64,000 nucleotides of DNA from Macrostomum lignano (lineage: Eukaryota): the NCBI GenBank assembly GCA_002269645.1, contig NIVC01002235.1, positions 126,855 through 190,854 of the forward strand, written 5' to 3'. Below are positions 12,570-25,885 of this stretch, in pieces (the first letter of the stretch is position 1; the number at the start of each line of letters is the position of its first letter). Made by a program: the position numbers and the translations under genes. The notes under the pieces were generated by a model. That model saw only the letters and a program-made list of their open reading frames with translations, did not search any database and was not told the DNA's origin.

Positions 12570-13635
12570 AGGTGTCGGGATCCTTAAACAGGTGCCAGGA
12601 TGCTTAACCAGGTGTCAGGATGCTTAAACAGGTGTCAGGATGCTTAAACAGGTGTCAGGATGCTTAAACAGGTGTCAGGATGCTTAAATAGGTGTCAGGA
12701 TGCTTAAACAGGTGTCAGGATCCTTAAACAGGTGTCAGGATGCTTAAACAGGTGTCAGGATGGTTAAACGAGTGTCAGGATGCTTAAACAGGTGTCAGGA
12801 TGCTTAAACAGGTGTCAGGATCCTTAAACAGGTGTCAGGATGCTTAAACAGGTGTCATTAGGATCCTTAAACAGGTGTCAGGATGCTTAAACAGGTGTCT
12901 AGATGCTTAAACAGGTGTCAGGATGTTTAAACAGGTGTCAGGATGCTCAAAACAGGTGTCAGGATGCTTAACCAGGTGTCAGAATGCTTAAACAGGTGTC
13001 AGGATGCTTAAACAGGTGTCAGAATGGTTAAACAGGTGTCAGGATGCTTAAACAGGTGTCAGGATGCTTAAACAGGTGTCAGGATGGTTAAACGGGTGTC
13101 AGGATGCTTAAACAGGTGTCAGGATGCTTAAACAGGTGTCAGGATGCTTAAACAGGTGTCAGGATGCTTAAACAGGTGTCAGGATGGTTAAACGGGTGTC
13201 AGGATGCTGTAAACAGGTGTCAGGATGCTTAAACAGGTGTCAGGATGGTTAAACGGGTGTCAGGATGCTGTAAACAGGTGTCAGGATGCTTAAACAGGTG
13301 TCAGGATGCTTAAACAAGTGTCAGGATGCTTAAACAGGTGTCATTAGGATCCTTAAACAGGTGTCAGGATGCTTAAACAGGTGTCAGGATGGTTAAACGG
13401 GTGTCAGGATGCTTAAACAGGTGTCAGGATGCTTAAACAGGTGTCAGGATGGTTAAACGGGTGTCAGGATGCCTAAACAGGTGTCAGGATGCTTAAACAG
13501 GTGTCAGGATCCTTAAACAGGTGTCAGGATGCTTAAACAGGTGTCAGGATGCTTAAACAGGTGTCAGGATGCTTAAACATGTGTCAGGACGCTTAAACAG
13601 GTGTCAGGACGCTTAAACAGGTGTCAGGACGCTTG
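12570..13635. repeat. Minisatellite, 20-bp unit AGGATGCTTAAACAGGTGTC
   Basis: Tandem array ending about 90 bp upstream of the SLC7 ATG. Confidence 0.97.
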
Positions 13636-13723
13636 CCCAGAAGGTTGTGTGACCTCCGTTACGTTTAACTTAGCATCAGTAAAAATTATTACAATACTCA
13701 ACTCGCCAGCTCAGACCGTCAGC

Positions 13724-16700
13724 ATGGCACTAGTCTACCAGATCAAGCTCCTAGCCAACATGCTGTCGCGAAAGAAGACTCTAGACGAAGCACACATGGA
13801 AGAGACTCAACTAAATCGCTGCCTAACAACTCTCGACCTCACCGCACTGGGCGTCGGCTCGACCCTGGGCGCCGGTGTCTACGTGATCGCCGGCGAGGTC
13901 GCCCAGAAAGCCACCGGCCCAGCTGTGGTCGCGTCGTTCTTCATCGCGGCGTCTGCGTCAATCTTGGCTGGCCTGTGCTACGCAGAATTCGGCGCCAGAG
14001 TGCCCAAGTCGGGCTCCGCTTACGTCTACAGCTACGTGTCAGTTGGAGAACTGATGGCCTTCGTCATCGGCTGGAATCTCATCCTCGAGTACGTGATTGG
14101 AACCGCAAGCGTTGCTCGGGCTTGGTCGCAGAACTTTGACAGCCTAGTTGGTGGCAAGATTATTGACTTCTTCAAGGACTACATGAGCATATCGCTTCCT
14201 GGACTGGCCGATTATCCTGACCTGTTCGCACTGGGCATGGTGCTGCTTCTAACGGCTATCATTGCTATCGGGGTCAAGGAGTCCGCCTGGGTGACAAACA
14301 TCTTCACTTTCATCAACCTGATTGTACTGGCTGTTGTGTTCGTTGCGGGATGCTTCTTGTCCAGCTTTGCTAACTGGAGCATCCGACCGGACTTGAACGG
14401 CACGGTTGTGTACCACAATGTCACGTACTCGGCCGATCAAGTTGGCGATGGCGGCTTTCTGCCGTTCGGTCTGCAGGGTGTTGTCTCCGGCGCTGGGACC
14501 TGCTTCTACGCGTTTGTGGGATTCGATGCGATTGCCACGACTGGAGAAGAGGTTCGTTAGTGAGTTCATTGAGTTGTTTTAATGAATGTTACATAGCTAT
14601 GTACGCTAGCACACGATAGATCACACAGGGTGGACAGAAGCTTTGACTTTCTCATTGTCAGACAGGCATGTACACGCTCTGTGCATTGAGAGTTTAACCT
14701 CATTGTTGAGAATCGTTAAAGCTTTGCGGGCGCCCCTGTCTCTTGGTTGGCGCCCCTGTCTCTTGGTGGGCGCCCCTGTCTCTTGGTGGGCGCCCCTGTC
14801 TCTTGGTGGGCGCCCCTGTCTCTTGGTGGGCGCCCCTGTCTCTTGGTGGGCGCCCCTGTCTCTTGGTGGGCGCCCCTGTCTCTTGGTGGGCGCCCCTGTC
14901 TCTTGGTTGGCGCCCCTGTCTCTTGGTTGGCGCCCCTGTCTCTTGTTTGGCGTCCCTGTCTCTTGGTTGGCACCCCTGTCTCTTGGTTGGCGCCCTTGTC
15001 TCTTGTTGGGCGCCCCTGTCTCTTGGTTGGCGCCCCTGTCTCTTGGTTGGCACCCCTACTCCTGCGTCCTAGGCCTAGGCCGGTTGAAAGTTGGGATCCT
15101 GCCATTTGTTGAGTACCATCTGTCCATTAGTTTTTGAGCAAAACTTTTGTAGAGACGATTGGGGCTCCTCTGCGTACGCCACTGTAACAATAGCTAGATG
15201 CAAAAAATCAAGAACTAAATTTTAAGTACTCTACTAAAATGTTAGTAGTAGAATACCAATATTGTTTTAAAATCAGCTCTTGATTAATCTATTTATAGGT
15301 GAAAAATCCTCAACGAGCTATCCCAATCAGCATCATTTTGAGTCTGTCAATTTGCTTCGTAGCCTACTGCGGCGTCAGTTCCGTTCTCACCTTGATGCAG
15401 CCGTACTTCGCTCTGGACCCGTTGGCGCCCCTGCCTCAAGCGTTCGCCGCTCACGGTTGGCTTGTTGCCAACTATTTCATCGCTGTTGGCGCCATCTGCG
15501 CCCTGTCCACTAGCCTGCTGGGAGCCATGTTCCCCTGCCCCGAGTGGTCTACGCCATGGCTAGCGATGGGTTGATCTTTCGCTTTCTATCTCGGGTTCAT
15601 CCGCGTCTCGCTACTCCATTAATTGCCACCGTCCTGACGGGAGTCATGGCCGGCGTCATGGCATGCATGTTCGAGCTGAAAGCACTGGTTGACATGATGT
15701 CTATCGGTACACTACTAGCTTACACTCTTGTAGCCCTGTCTGTGCTCATACTTCGCGGTAGTTGCGACGTTTTCAACAATCGAGCAGTGTCTGCTCCGAG
15801 TGAGACCCCTAGTGGAGAGCAGCAGGTTCTGGAAGAGCCCGTTGTTGCAGCGACAAGCTCAATGAAAACTGTACTGGTCGACGTTGAGGAAACCGACTTT
15901 GTTGAGCTCATTGAGTCTACCAGAGCAGATAAATTTACGCTTAAATCCTATCTGAGCTGCTCATTCCGTAGAGGTGGCTACTCTGAGCCGAACAATCTGA
16001 CTGAACAGGTCACTCGAGTCAACTCCGGCTTATTTATGATCTCAGCAGGTGTGTTGGCATTCGTACTTGAGCGGATGCCTAACCAACTGGGAGCTGGCAG
16101 GCCAGAAGCAGTGATCCCGGCATCCATTGCCTGCCTACTGTGTCTGTTAGCCATGATCAGTTTGGCCATGCAGCCGCAGAGTCGAAAACCAGTGGCTTTT
16201 AAGGTAATGCTATTTCATATGTCTTAAAGTGGTAAAGAAATTTATAAAGGGTTGACCTGATGCTCACAAATGCTATTCCTGTGTCGCTTTGTAGACCCTT
16301 TGTAAACCGCGGCCTTTTTAGAGGCAGGGGCCTGTGTGCACCCTGGCGCACTTTAAACGACATTGTCGCACAACCGGCGTGAGGCATTGCTGCCCATTCC
16401 GCCGACTCCCCTGAGCAGGCACACAAGCGCGCTGATACGTACGCAGTCATACGCACAGGCACACACTCACACAGGAGTGTACAGCGGCCCTAACTTTATT
16501 TATCGTTAGGCATGTACACTTCACTGTGCCTTGGGGGTTGGCCGTCATAAGAGCGTTAATTGCACGAGCAGAGCCAAGCCGAGATTAGCTAGCCCCAAAT
16601 TAATCTGACAGCACATGGAATCGAGCCTGGGCTGCTGGCTACAGCCCCTACGGAACCTTTGACCACGTACATTTTGCAGACGTGAATGAAGAAAATTAAA

Positions 16701-17128
16701 AAGGTTGAAATTAACTTTAAAACGTATCGTAACAATCAGGATGTTACAAATCAATTCTAAGGTTATTTTCGTACGACAGATGCACGTTCCTGTAATCCTG
16801 TCATCGACATCGAACTAAAACCAACACTGATTGTCCTTATTTACCTTGGCTCTCACAGGTTCCCTGGGTGCCGTACCTTCCGTGTCTGTCTATCCTGGCC
16901 AATCTCTACCTGATGACCGCCCTATCAAGCAGTACATGGATTCGATTTATAGTCTGGAGCGCTATCGGATTCCTTATTTACTTTGGCTACGGCCTGTTGC
17001 ACAGCAACGAGCACGCGGTTCAGACTCGGCCGGTGCTGCTGCTAGCGGCAGAGCAACAAAACCGGACATTGGTAGCCAACGGTGTTGGTGGCCGCGATAA
17101 TCAGCAAATAAATAATTTGCACTTTTAA
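13724..17128 (+). CDS. Cationic amino acid transporter (SLC7A1-4/CAT family), 3 exons, about 667 aa
   Basis: Exons 13724-14551, 15299-16203, 16859-17128. Motifs [65 protein letters not shown]. One missing base near 15535 (TTC CCC [C]TG CCC CGA) shifts the frame and is probably an assembly error. Confidence 0.9.
14728..15055. repeat. Intronic minisatellite, 20-bp unit GCGCCCCTGTCTCTTGGTGG
   Basis: Tandem array in SLC7 intron 1. Confidence 0.95.
16322..16645 (-). mobile_element. SINE family B copy (uninterrupted reference copy)
   Basis: Homologous to 5704-6012; lies in SLC7 intron 2. Confidence 0.7.
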
Positions 17129-17621
17129 ATATGAGTGCCCGACAATTTACTACCAACAAAAGGACCGTCGCAAGCTAGTCAGACATTTAAACTTCATCTT
17201 GTGACTATAGTCAGAGTTTTGACTTTTAATGCGGAAATACACTCGTACTAACGTCTACCGTAAATGAATATCATAACAAGGTTAGTTAAATATTTTGACG
17301 CTCCAGATTTTAATTGTCAATTTCCAATTCTCGGCTAAAGAGTGTATGGATTAATTCTTTAAATTTTTTTATTTAAGATTGAGTTTATTTTTACTATTTA
17401 TCTGGTACGTCGCTTCTGCCGGAATTTTTTCGTAAACGACACTCAGGAGCTCTACATGTAAAATGCTTGATTTAATTGTACATAAAAATATAGGCACCCA
17501 GACCGATACCTATAGTATGCTTACCCAACCTGATTTTGTATGCTCCGGTTTTAAAACCGTCTTAAGCCTCCTTACCTGCATCACGTACATACTGTACATT
17601 GAGTTAGATTTTATTAGTTCA

Positions 17622-18830
17622 TCAAATGTACCGGAAAAGGCCTATAATTAAAAAGGAAACTTTATAAGTCGAACCCATCAGATCCATCATCTTGTACGTG
17701 GCCATGTGGGTGCACTCGACCGACCAGCAGCCATTGCTATCGTCAGCTGCAGTTTCTGTGACGTCCAGCTTCCAGTGTTTGAAGCTCATCTCGGCGTCGT
17801 CATCGCATACAGACACAAAGTACATCGTGTACTTTTTAGTCTGGCCCGAAGATTGTACGCCAACAGTGGCCAAGTTGCATCTGGGCGCAAACATGTCCCA
17901 GATCATGTGATCGTGCGCTTTCTGCCGGGTCAAGGGCGTGGACTGCTTCAAGTGCCAAACTCGAACGTAGCCGTCGTCATGTCCGGTAACAACGAACCGA
18001 CCGCCCAGGCTGGCAAAGTACAGGGTGTCCATATCGTCCAGCTTACCCATGGCTTTGTTGGCAAATTCTTGGTCGAATAGTACGCGTTCTTTGACGCGCA
18101 TCCGAAGATTCCAGACGGTCAGGCAGGAGATACTGAGCAAACGGCCGGTTTTTGGGCCCACCTTTTGATTGTTCAATTTTAGTCTTACTAAACCCGGCCT
18201 TTTGCCACTGTTTAGAACGTAGCTTCATTTTCACTTGATATTCCCCGTCTAATTTACAGAATCGATTCACAAAGTCATTCCTAGTCCAGGTTACAGGGAT
18301 TAGTCCTAGTCCAAGTCAAAAGAATTTCTAATCTAAGCTTCATAAGCATTCCTAGTCCATGTCATTAATATCAGTCCTGGTACAGATCACAGGATCAATA
18401 CTGGTCCAGGCCAGATTATACCAGGCCAGACAACTTGTAGTCTCGAGGTCATTAGTTTATTTGACAAAAAAAGATTAGTGCCTACCGAATATGCAAAGGT
18501 AATTAACCCACCTTAGCTTCTGCAAGCGTCACCAACAGTTCTTCATCGTCTGTGGCAAATGCGTCATAAAGCGACAGATCAATTCTGGTGACGTCTTTTA
18601 AGTCGAAAACTTTTTCCGTCGTGTTTTCACTGTCGTCCTCGTCTCGTCACACCTGGTAGCACACGAAATTATTGTTATTATCTTCGTCGCACATGATTAC
18701 GTAACGACCCCCGGGTGTGACAATCATCTCGGAGATGACTTGATTTGGTTGAGAGCCAAACACATCCGGTAGGGCAATGCAGGCTTTTCCCGTCACTGCG
18801 TCGTGCTGTTTCAAACTGCGCTGCGACCGA
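17622..18830 (-). pseudogene. WD40-repeat gene, partial and possibly pseudogenised
   Basis: Exons of about 18830-18512 and 18161-17622 splice in frame; WD-like FVVTGHDDGYVRVWHL; in-frame TGA at 18649-18647; no clean 5' exon found. Confidence 0.5.
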
Positions 18831-19199
18831 CTGATTTAGACGATTTCTAGGAAATTTAAAAATACGAACGTATTCTTAAGCAGACTAGCGGAGCCAAATG
18901 GCTTGCACTATTCTGTTGACATTGATGACTATAAAATGCGAATCAGGCTTCAAAACATTTTGCTAAAAGTTAACAATTAATATCTTCCAAACTTGGAGAT
19001 CTACAAACTGCATTGGCTTCTGGGAGCCTAAATGGTCAAAAAGAAGGGGCGAAAACGTCCGGCTGATCCACCTACCGAGTTTGCTCATTTGCCGCCATCA
19101 ATGCTTCGCCTCCCTCTGTAAGAAAAACTGCACATAGGCTTGTTTCAGCTGAATCGCAGGCAACTGCTGATGATAATCGAGAGCTCGAACTGTTCAGGA

Positions 19200-20150
19200 A
19201 GACGGATTCCATTCCTGCTGAGCTTCCAATTTTGTGTCAAGAGGCGCTTAAGAAGTTCAATGGCAGCAAGGATTTATTCAGTAGAAGAACCGAGTCGAGG
19301 TCGAGTTCAGTGTCAAGATCCGATCCGACTTTTACGCATCTTCCAGCAGGAATGGGTTCACTGTGGACGTATCTGATCTGCTTGGATTCGGCCGTCAACT
19401 TCAGAGCTGGTCTGCTCTCGACAACACTTTATAGCACCACCAGTAAAACTGCTAAAGACGTCTGCGACAAATTTTTCTAACAAAGTGAGTTGCCTTGCTG
19501 ATGACGTAGAAGATTCTGGTCTTCGGAGAACGCTGCTTTTCTTGGCTGAACAGCTGCTGCTCTGTCTGACTTTGCCGCATGCACGTCCTTACTCGGCACT
19601 CACTACTATGCTATGTCTGACCTTCATGCTTAGAAGCAAAGCTTCCTACGCAACTTTGCGAGAAATTCTTTGCCTGCCACATCCAAAGTCAAAGACTCCT
19701 CAGAAACAGTTGGGTTGTTTTACCCACGTTGCATCTCAGAGTGAAGCAGAGCGTACTGCTTCTCATGTATTTGCATCACTGCCTCGCACTGGCGTTTGAT
19801 GAAATGCACATTAAGCCATCTATTCTTTTGTTTCCTCGTTCGTTAATGCGTCCGTCGTTAGATTTATTGGCATATCCTTGGATTTTTTGCTTACTATTTA
19901 AGCTGATAAAATACATGCGTTCGTCTTACCTTAAATCAGCCAGCCCCCACATTTCTTACTCACTAAAGCCGAGTTTCCAGTCCCATCTTTCTATGGTAAA
20001 CTTCTATCGCAGAAGTCGCTGTTATTGCAGTCCAGATTTCCTTGAAATTGGTTTGAATTTCCAACTGCTTCAGCGACAGCGAGAACTCTCTCTAGTGCGC
20101 AGGAACAAGTGGGACGACATGCTGAGCACTAGGCTGAGTACAGTGGATTT
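19200..20150 (+). mobile_element. Degenerate P-element/THAP9-like transposase fossil
   Basis: Frameshifted peptides CLTFMLRSKASYATLREILCLPHP and CLALAFDEMHIKP resemble the P-transposase N-terminal helix and first catalytic Asp strand. Confidence 0.55.
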
Positions 20151-20319
20151 TCTGTTATCAAGGAAACTCAGAAATTTCTACGTGGTCCAATCAGATGCAT
20201 CTGACTATATGCATCTACGCACGTCAAATACACATTAGATAGCTATACATACATATGCATAAATTCTACTAGATTCCAATCCCCACTCAGACTATAGTCA
20301 ACAACTCAGCAAAACAATC

Positions 20320-22002
20320 ATGTACAATTTCGTAGCTTTGCTGACTCTGTGCTTAGCCACGGCTGCTTCTGCTGTTCAACTGCACGAAGTCGACAGCCAA
20401 AGCTGGTCAGGCGATAAAGTGCGCGAGTTCCGCCTATCTTTCATCAACCAAGCCAACGATTTGCTGGAGTGCGCCGTTTTTGCAGCCAAGTACCTGCTTA
20501 GTGATCAGCTTCTGGTCTTCATCAAAGGCGATGGAGCAGTGAAGTCTCAGTGCTTTTTAGGTGAGGAAAACATGAATGTTTTACTGCCGGTCTATTTTTT
20601 TAGATTCAAGCAAAACTTTCCCGACACCTTTTTTTCCAGCGACGAAAACTCGTTGCCTCAGACTCCCGCGGAGCAGCCCTGCGACTTCATCATCAATAAA
20701 AGTAGGTGACCAACTTCTAGCGATTTGAAATGATTTCGCAACAACTTCGGTGGTATCAGCGAACACATGTCGAATATATATTTCAGGTTTTCGTGACATC
20801 ACTGCCAACTTGTTGGACAACAATTCAGCACCGAGTCGACAACACGATCGATTTCCATCGCAACTGGGCAGATTATGCTGCTGGATTTGGCCAGGAGCCG
20901 AGCCGAAACTTCTGGATTGGTGCGTACCTGTGCGTAGCAAGGACCCTTAGAAGTTACCGTTTCATTAAGTCGTAATATTACCGTTCAGTGGACAACTTGT
21001 GCAACTGTTTGACTGGGGGTTAAACTAAAACTATTTTAAATTATGTACTGTTTGTTCTTTAAACAGTTTTTTTTGCAGAATGCATTGCATCAAAGAGGTG
21101 TTATCTCTGAAAATCTTTGTTCGAGAAAAGTCAGACTAAAATTGCGTCTAGAATGATACTCTCATGCAGGACTCGGCCATAGATCTTATATAGAGAATAG
21201 AAGACGGGAAAGGTGAGATGACAAACATGGAGGTGGGATGAGAGAAGAGATAAGAGAGCAAATGGGAGAGAAGAGGTTAGAGAGCTGAGATAAGACACAA
21301 ACCATAAGCGGGCCGGATTGCTATTGTGAAATTTCAAAGGACCCGAGGGCCGGATGGAGAGGCTTCGCGGGCCGCATATGGCTCGCGGGCTGGAGTTTTC
21401 CGACCCCTGCTCAAAGGAGACAGGAGGAGCGGTAACCGGCCTAGCTTCTATTCTGTGCGTTTGACAGCCTCTTGCAGAATTTTTTCTTGAATTTAAGTCG
21501 ACAATAATTATAAGATTGAACATATTGTCGGCCTTTCGGAATTCAACAAATAGGACTAATTATACCTTTCAATACAGGCCTTCGAACTCTTCACTGGCTG
21601 ACCTCGCCAACTGCTCGAACTCTTCGCGTGAGCATGAAAAAGTGGGACGACACTGAGCACTGGGCTGAGTACAGCAGCTTCTCTGTTGCCAACGAGGCTG
21701 AGAAATTTCGTTTAAGTTTTATCGGATTTTCGAGCTCATCAAGCCAGGTTGGAGACTCGATGGCGTATCACAATGGTATGTACTTTAGCACCTATAACTC
21801 GGACAACGATCTTTCGCCAAGCAATTGCGCTGCATTTTATAAAGGAGGTTGGTGGTACAAAGTATGTCATCATACTAATCCAAACGGCTTATACTATAAT
21901 CTTCCTGAGGCCGAAAATGTTCCAAGTGCTACTGGTATCAGTTGGCTCTTTGAATTTCAACACAAATATTCAATGAAGGAGTTTGAAATGCTAATCTGCT
22001 AA
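20320..22002 (+). CDS. Secreted fibrinogen-related domain (FReD) protein
   Basis: Signal peptide MYNFVALLTLCLATAASA. Exons 20320-20560, about 20640-20701 (uncertain), 20787-20919, 21578-22002. FReD motifs WTTIQHRVDNTIDFHRNWADYAAGFG...FWIG, FSTYNSDND, NCAAFYKGGWWY. Probable frameshift near 20810. Confidence 0.8.
21200..21409. mobile_element. hAT-like MITE fragment
   Basis: Ends GGAGTTTTCCGACCCCTG (CAGGGGTCGG-type TIR); the same core AAAGGACCCGAG..GGAT.GAGAGGC recurs at 46940 and inverted at 48460. Confidence 0.5.
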
Positions 22003-23056
22003 AGCTTCACTTTATTGTAAAGCTTATAAATTTACAAATATATACCTGTTGAACAGACTAGGTAAGAACTTTTTATGAATGGAACTCTGCACTGTCTTGC
22101 AATACCGATCTTATTGACTCAGTTTTAATACTACACTGACTTTTTTGAGACCCAATTTAAATGTATAACCAGATTTTAGCTCACATATGAATTGCATAGA
22201 AAACTGACTTAATTATGGCGCACCTTTTATGTTCTACCCAATGACGCTGACTCTACTTTGTTTGTTTAGAAGTGCAAGACCTTGCTATAATGAGTCTTGT
22301 AAGGAAACTATATTACTCGTATGTAAAAACCTATTTTATTTAAAATAATACAACTAATTTTTATCAACGTTCAAACTTAGCAAGCGATTTCTAAGAACTA
22401 GAAAATCAATAAAAAGAAAATATTTGGATTTTTCGGTTCAATCATTTTCGGAATTTTTTGCAGCAAGATAAAATTGCAGCCATAGAGAGGGTTTACTCTT
22501 GTCATAAACCGAGCTTGCTTCTGGGCACGTGAGTGGAATGAGAGGCAGAAATGAAATGAAATGGTACCAGTATGCGACTTTTAGTCTGAACCTGTGACAG
22601 GCAGGCTGATAGCTGCATGGTCATCACTTTATCCCACCCCAAATGATTGCTGTCGCATCGACTGAATCTATCAATTTGGGAAGCTTTCCAGCTCCCGCTG
22701 TTGCATGGACAGCTCTATTATTCATGAAGAATGTGGAATTGCAGTTGGGAAGCTATAAAAATGAAATAATAGAGGCGACTGTTGAGAACGATGCCTTTTA
22801 GTTTAGTCAGTTTAGTCCATTTTGTTGGACTAAAATTTTTGTTTCTACATAGAAGAGCATAACTCATAAAGCACACAAAATTCAAGTATATGATAGAACT
22901 ATCTGTTGTGCAGCCATCCAAAGTTGACGGGCTCTGATAATTTTTAGATATTCAATTGTAGCTTACGATTAATAAGGACCAAAAAGGCTTGGAATTTTTA
23001 CTGTTACTGTATTCTACAAGTCTTCTTAAGTTTATCTAACTGTAGGTAACTCTAGA

Positions 23057-23172
23057 GGGGGTTGTAGCCTAATGTGTGTGGCGACCCCCCAGTCTTTGGA
23101 CTGAACAGCCGTACGCAAGCTTCAAGATGCGCCGCGCAATAGCTGCGGCTGGGCTGTCGGTTGCATATCTGC
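23057..23172 (+). mobile_element. Internally deleted SINE family A copy
   Basis: Head GGGGTTGTAGCCTA joined directly to the 3' part TGTGTGTGGCGACC...GTCGGTTGCATATCTG. Confidence 0.65.
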
Positions 23173-25004
23173 CTATTATAGGGCAGGTGTAATCAAATAT
23201 TGTTATAAGAATGTAACTCGTATCGTTTTCAAATACTCGTAAGTATAACAAGACGTACATGTAGCCAGCTAAACCCCGTACAGCAATCTAACGGGTGTCA
23301 AAATGTTGCGCGGGAAAGTGAAGTACTTATGGTTGTCTCGGGGTTGTCTCGAGGTGGCCTGGTAGGTCTTTGAATCCCACCGCTGCCACCAATGTTGTAC
23401 CTGTGCTTCTCCTGCTGTCTAGCACAGTGATTTGGGCTCTCCGTCTTCTCAACCGGAAGCTTTCTAATATTAGCTCTTAGTAGCGTAGGTAGTGCTGCCA
23501 CCAGTTCCTTCAGGTCTCGGCCTTCAGTGAGGTGAGCTTCCCGTCGGAACGAAATAAACAAGTCAACGAACTCAGCACAGCGTGCAGATTTGCAGATTAA
23601 TGAACAAGGCGTCCTGGTCAGCAGATCCCGCCGGGCTCAGGGGCTGGGAAGGCAGTGTTAGTCTCCCTTAGGCTTAGGCGTCTAAGTTTAGTCAGGCCAA
23701 TGGGCAAAACTGAACGGAGTCTGGAAAACTAGACTAAAGAAGAACAACAAGAAGACAATAAGAAGACTAATTCGACAACTACGAGTAGGAGACTAAGAAG
23801 ACAAATTCTTGACTGAACCAAGGGTGAGGGGCACGTATTTATAGGCAGGAAATCCCCGCTGCACCAGTGTGCGCCGGACCTCCTGACTCTGTTCTATTTT
23901 AGAACTGACGTCACTCTCTGCCTTAGAGAAGGCAGGCTCTGCGGGTAAAGTGCACAGAGTGCATGGCTCATAATCTATTTTTAGAAACATGAGTCACCTA
24001 TTACCTTAGAGAAGGCAAGGGCCCCGAAGCACGTGATTCCTCCTGTAAACACGGGCCAACGAATGCAGTAAACATGTTTACTGCACTTTAGGACTTCGCG
24101 AAAACAAGACTTGTCAGGTGACTTGCTCACATGACAAGGAAAACAGGCCGCCAGCGTGACCTCAGGACAGAAACGAACCGCAGAGCAGGCCACAGCAGAG
24201 AAGCTCGTGGCTGCAAGCAAGAGCGCAAAGAAGAGGGGGGCGCCAGAGAACAGGCAGCAAAAAGGGAGGGAGGCTGCCCAGCGGCAGACAGCAACCCAGG
24301 GCGAGGGCGAGGGCGAAGGAAGCTGCTGACAATAGTGCGACGCCGAACACCAAACTAGCAGATCACTACAAAAGTAATATCGTAGCTAGGTCGCTTAACC
24401 TCATAAATCCCGAAATTTCGATACGTCAAAGACAACATAATTCACAAGCTCGAAATCTTATAAACTTGAAGGTTAAAAGTCTCGAAGTTGCCTCTCCAAT
24501 TTTGCTTAAAAATCATCGAAATCGATTAAAGAGCTTGCGGAAGCGACTATTATAGTAAGACTCTTGGACGATGTGAACTTTAAGCTTGAAAAATGGGAAG
24601 ATGGTTGCGGGACTGTCAAATGCAATATGATGCGAAACATTCGGGAAACCCCGCTATTGTAGATAGCCATGTAGCTACTAGCTAGTATACATTGTTACTT
24701 TTGTGTATTGTGCCAAAATTGTGTCAATTTTGGACATGAAACAAAGCGAACTCTGGAATTTATTTGTACAAGTCCATTAAAAGCTTCGTCCGTGTTAAAG
24801 ATAAACGAAAGAAAAATAGATTTGGCATATGCTATTGAAATTTATTTTTTACGCACATAAACAACAATTTCATCTGAGAAGTAAATATATGTAAATCTAA
24901 GCTGAATCTCTGATTTACAGTGTTACTTTTAAAAAAATATTTCACGATGTGAATTACTACGGTAGCTAAAATCAATATAATACCCGGTTGAAAATAAATC
25001 AGGA

Positions 25005-25681
25005 TTGGCCCACTAAAATTGGCCCACTGATCGGCCACTTCGTGTCCCAAAAGCCCACTGAAAAAGCCCGCTTATTTTTACAAATCATGCTCGGCCCACT
25101 GCTCGGCCCACTGCTAGGCGCCCACTGCTCGGCCCACTGACGGCCCACTGAAATGAAGCCCACTGATCGGCCCACTGACGGCCCACTGAAATGAAGCCCA
25201 CTGATCGGCCCACTGACGGCCCACTGAAATGAAGCCCACTGATCGGCCCACTGACGGCCCACTGAAATGAAGCGCACTGATCGGCCCACTGCTCGGCCCA
25301 CTGACGGCCCACTGAAATGAAGCCCACTGATCGGCCCACTGCTCGGCCCACTGACGGCCCACTGAAATGAAGCCCACTGATCGGCCCACTGCTCGGCCCA
25401 CTGACGGCCCACTGAAATGAAGCCACTGATCAGCCCACTGCTCGTCCCACTGATCGGCCCACTGAAATGAAGCCCACTGATCGGCCCACTGAAATGAAGC
25501 GCACTGATCGGCCCACTGCTCGGCCCACTGACGGCCCACTGAAATGAAGCCACTGATCAGCCCACTGCTCGGCCCACTGCTCGGCCCACTGAAATGAAGC
25601 CCACTGATCGGCCCACTGAAATGAAGCCCACTGATCGGCCCACTGAAATGAAGCGCACTGATCGGCCCACTGACGGCCCAC
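25005..25681. repeat. GGCCCACTG(A)-based complex tandem array
   Basis: Units GGCCCACTGA and AATGAAGCCCACTGATC; an inverted cluster lies at 28398-28531. Confidence 0.9.
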
Positions 25682-25885
25682 TATACAACAATTTACAATG
25701 TGAAGTGTTACATATTGTTACAATGTAACAACGTGCACTCATTTGTGTCCAGTCTCAAATATAAAATTGTAACCCCTGACTGATGGGCATTTTGTTTGAC
25801 TATATTTATATACGCCTTAGACGTTGGACGTCTTAGGCACGAAGTCGAAAATTTGAACTTTAAAACTTAAAAACTTTAAAATGAG

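Noticed and set aside
18870-19100. Possible F-box first exon for the WD40 gene (MQFVDL...)
   Set aside because: All frames contain stops and the motif match is too weak
23296-24640. Possible second solo LTR (TGT at 23296, ACA at 24051, CGGG flanks)
   Set aside because: A 4-bp match can arise by chance, and similar sequence continues past the proposed end; boundaries unsupported
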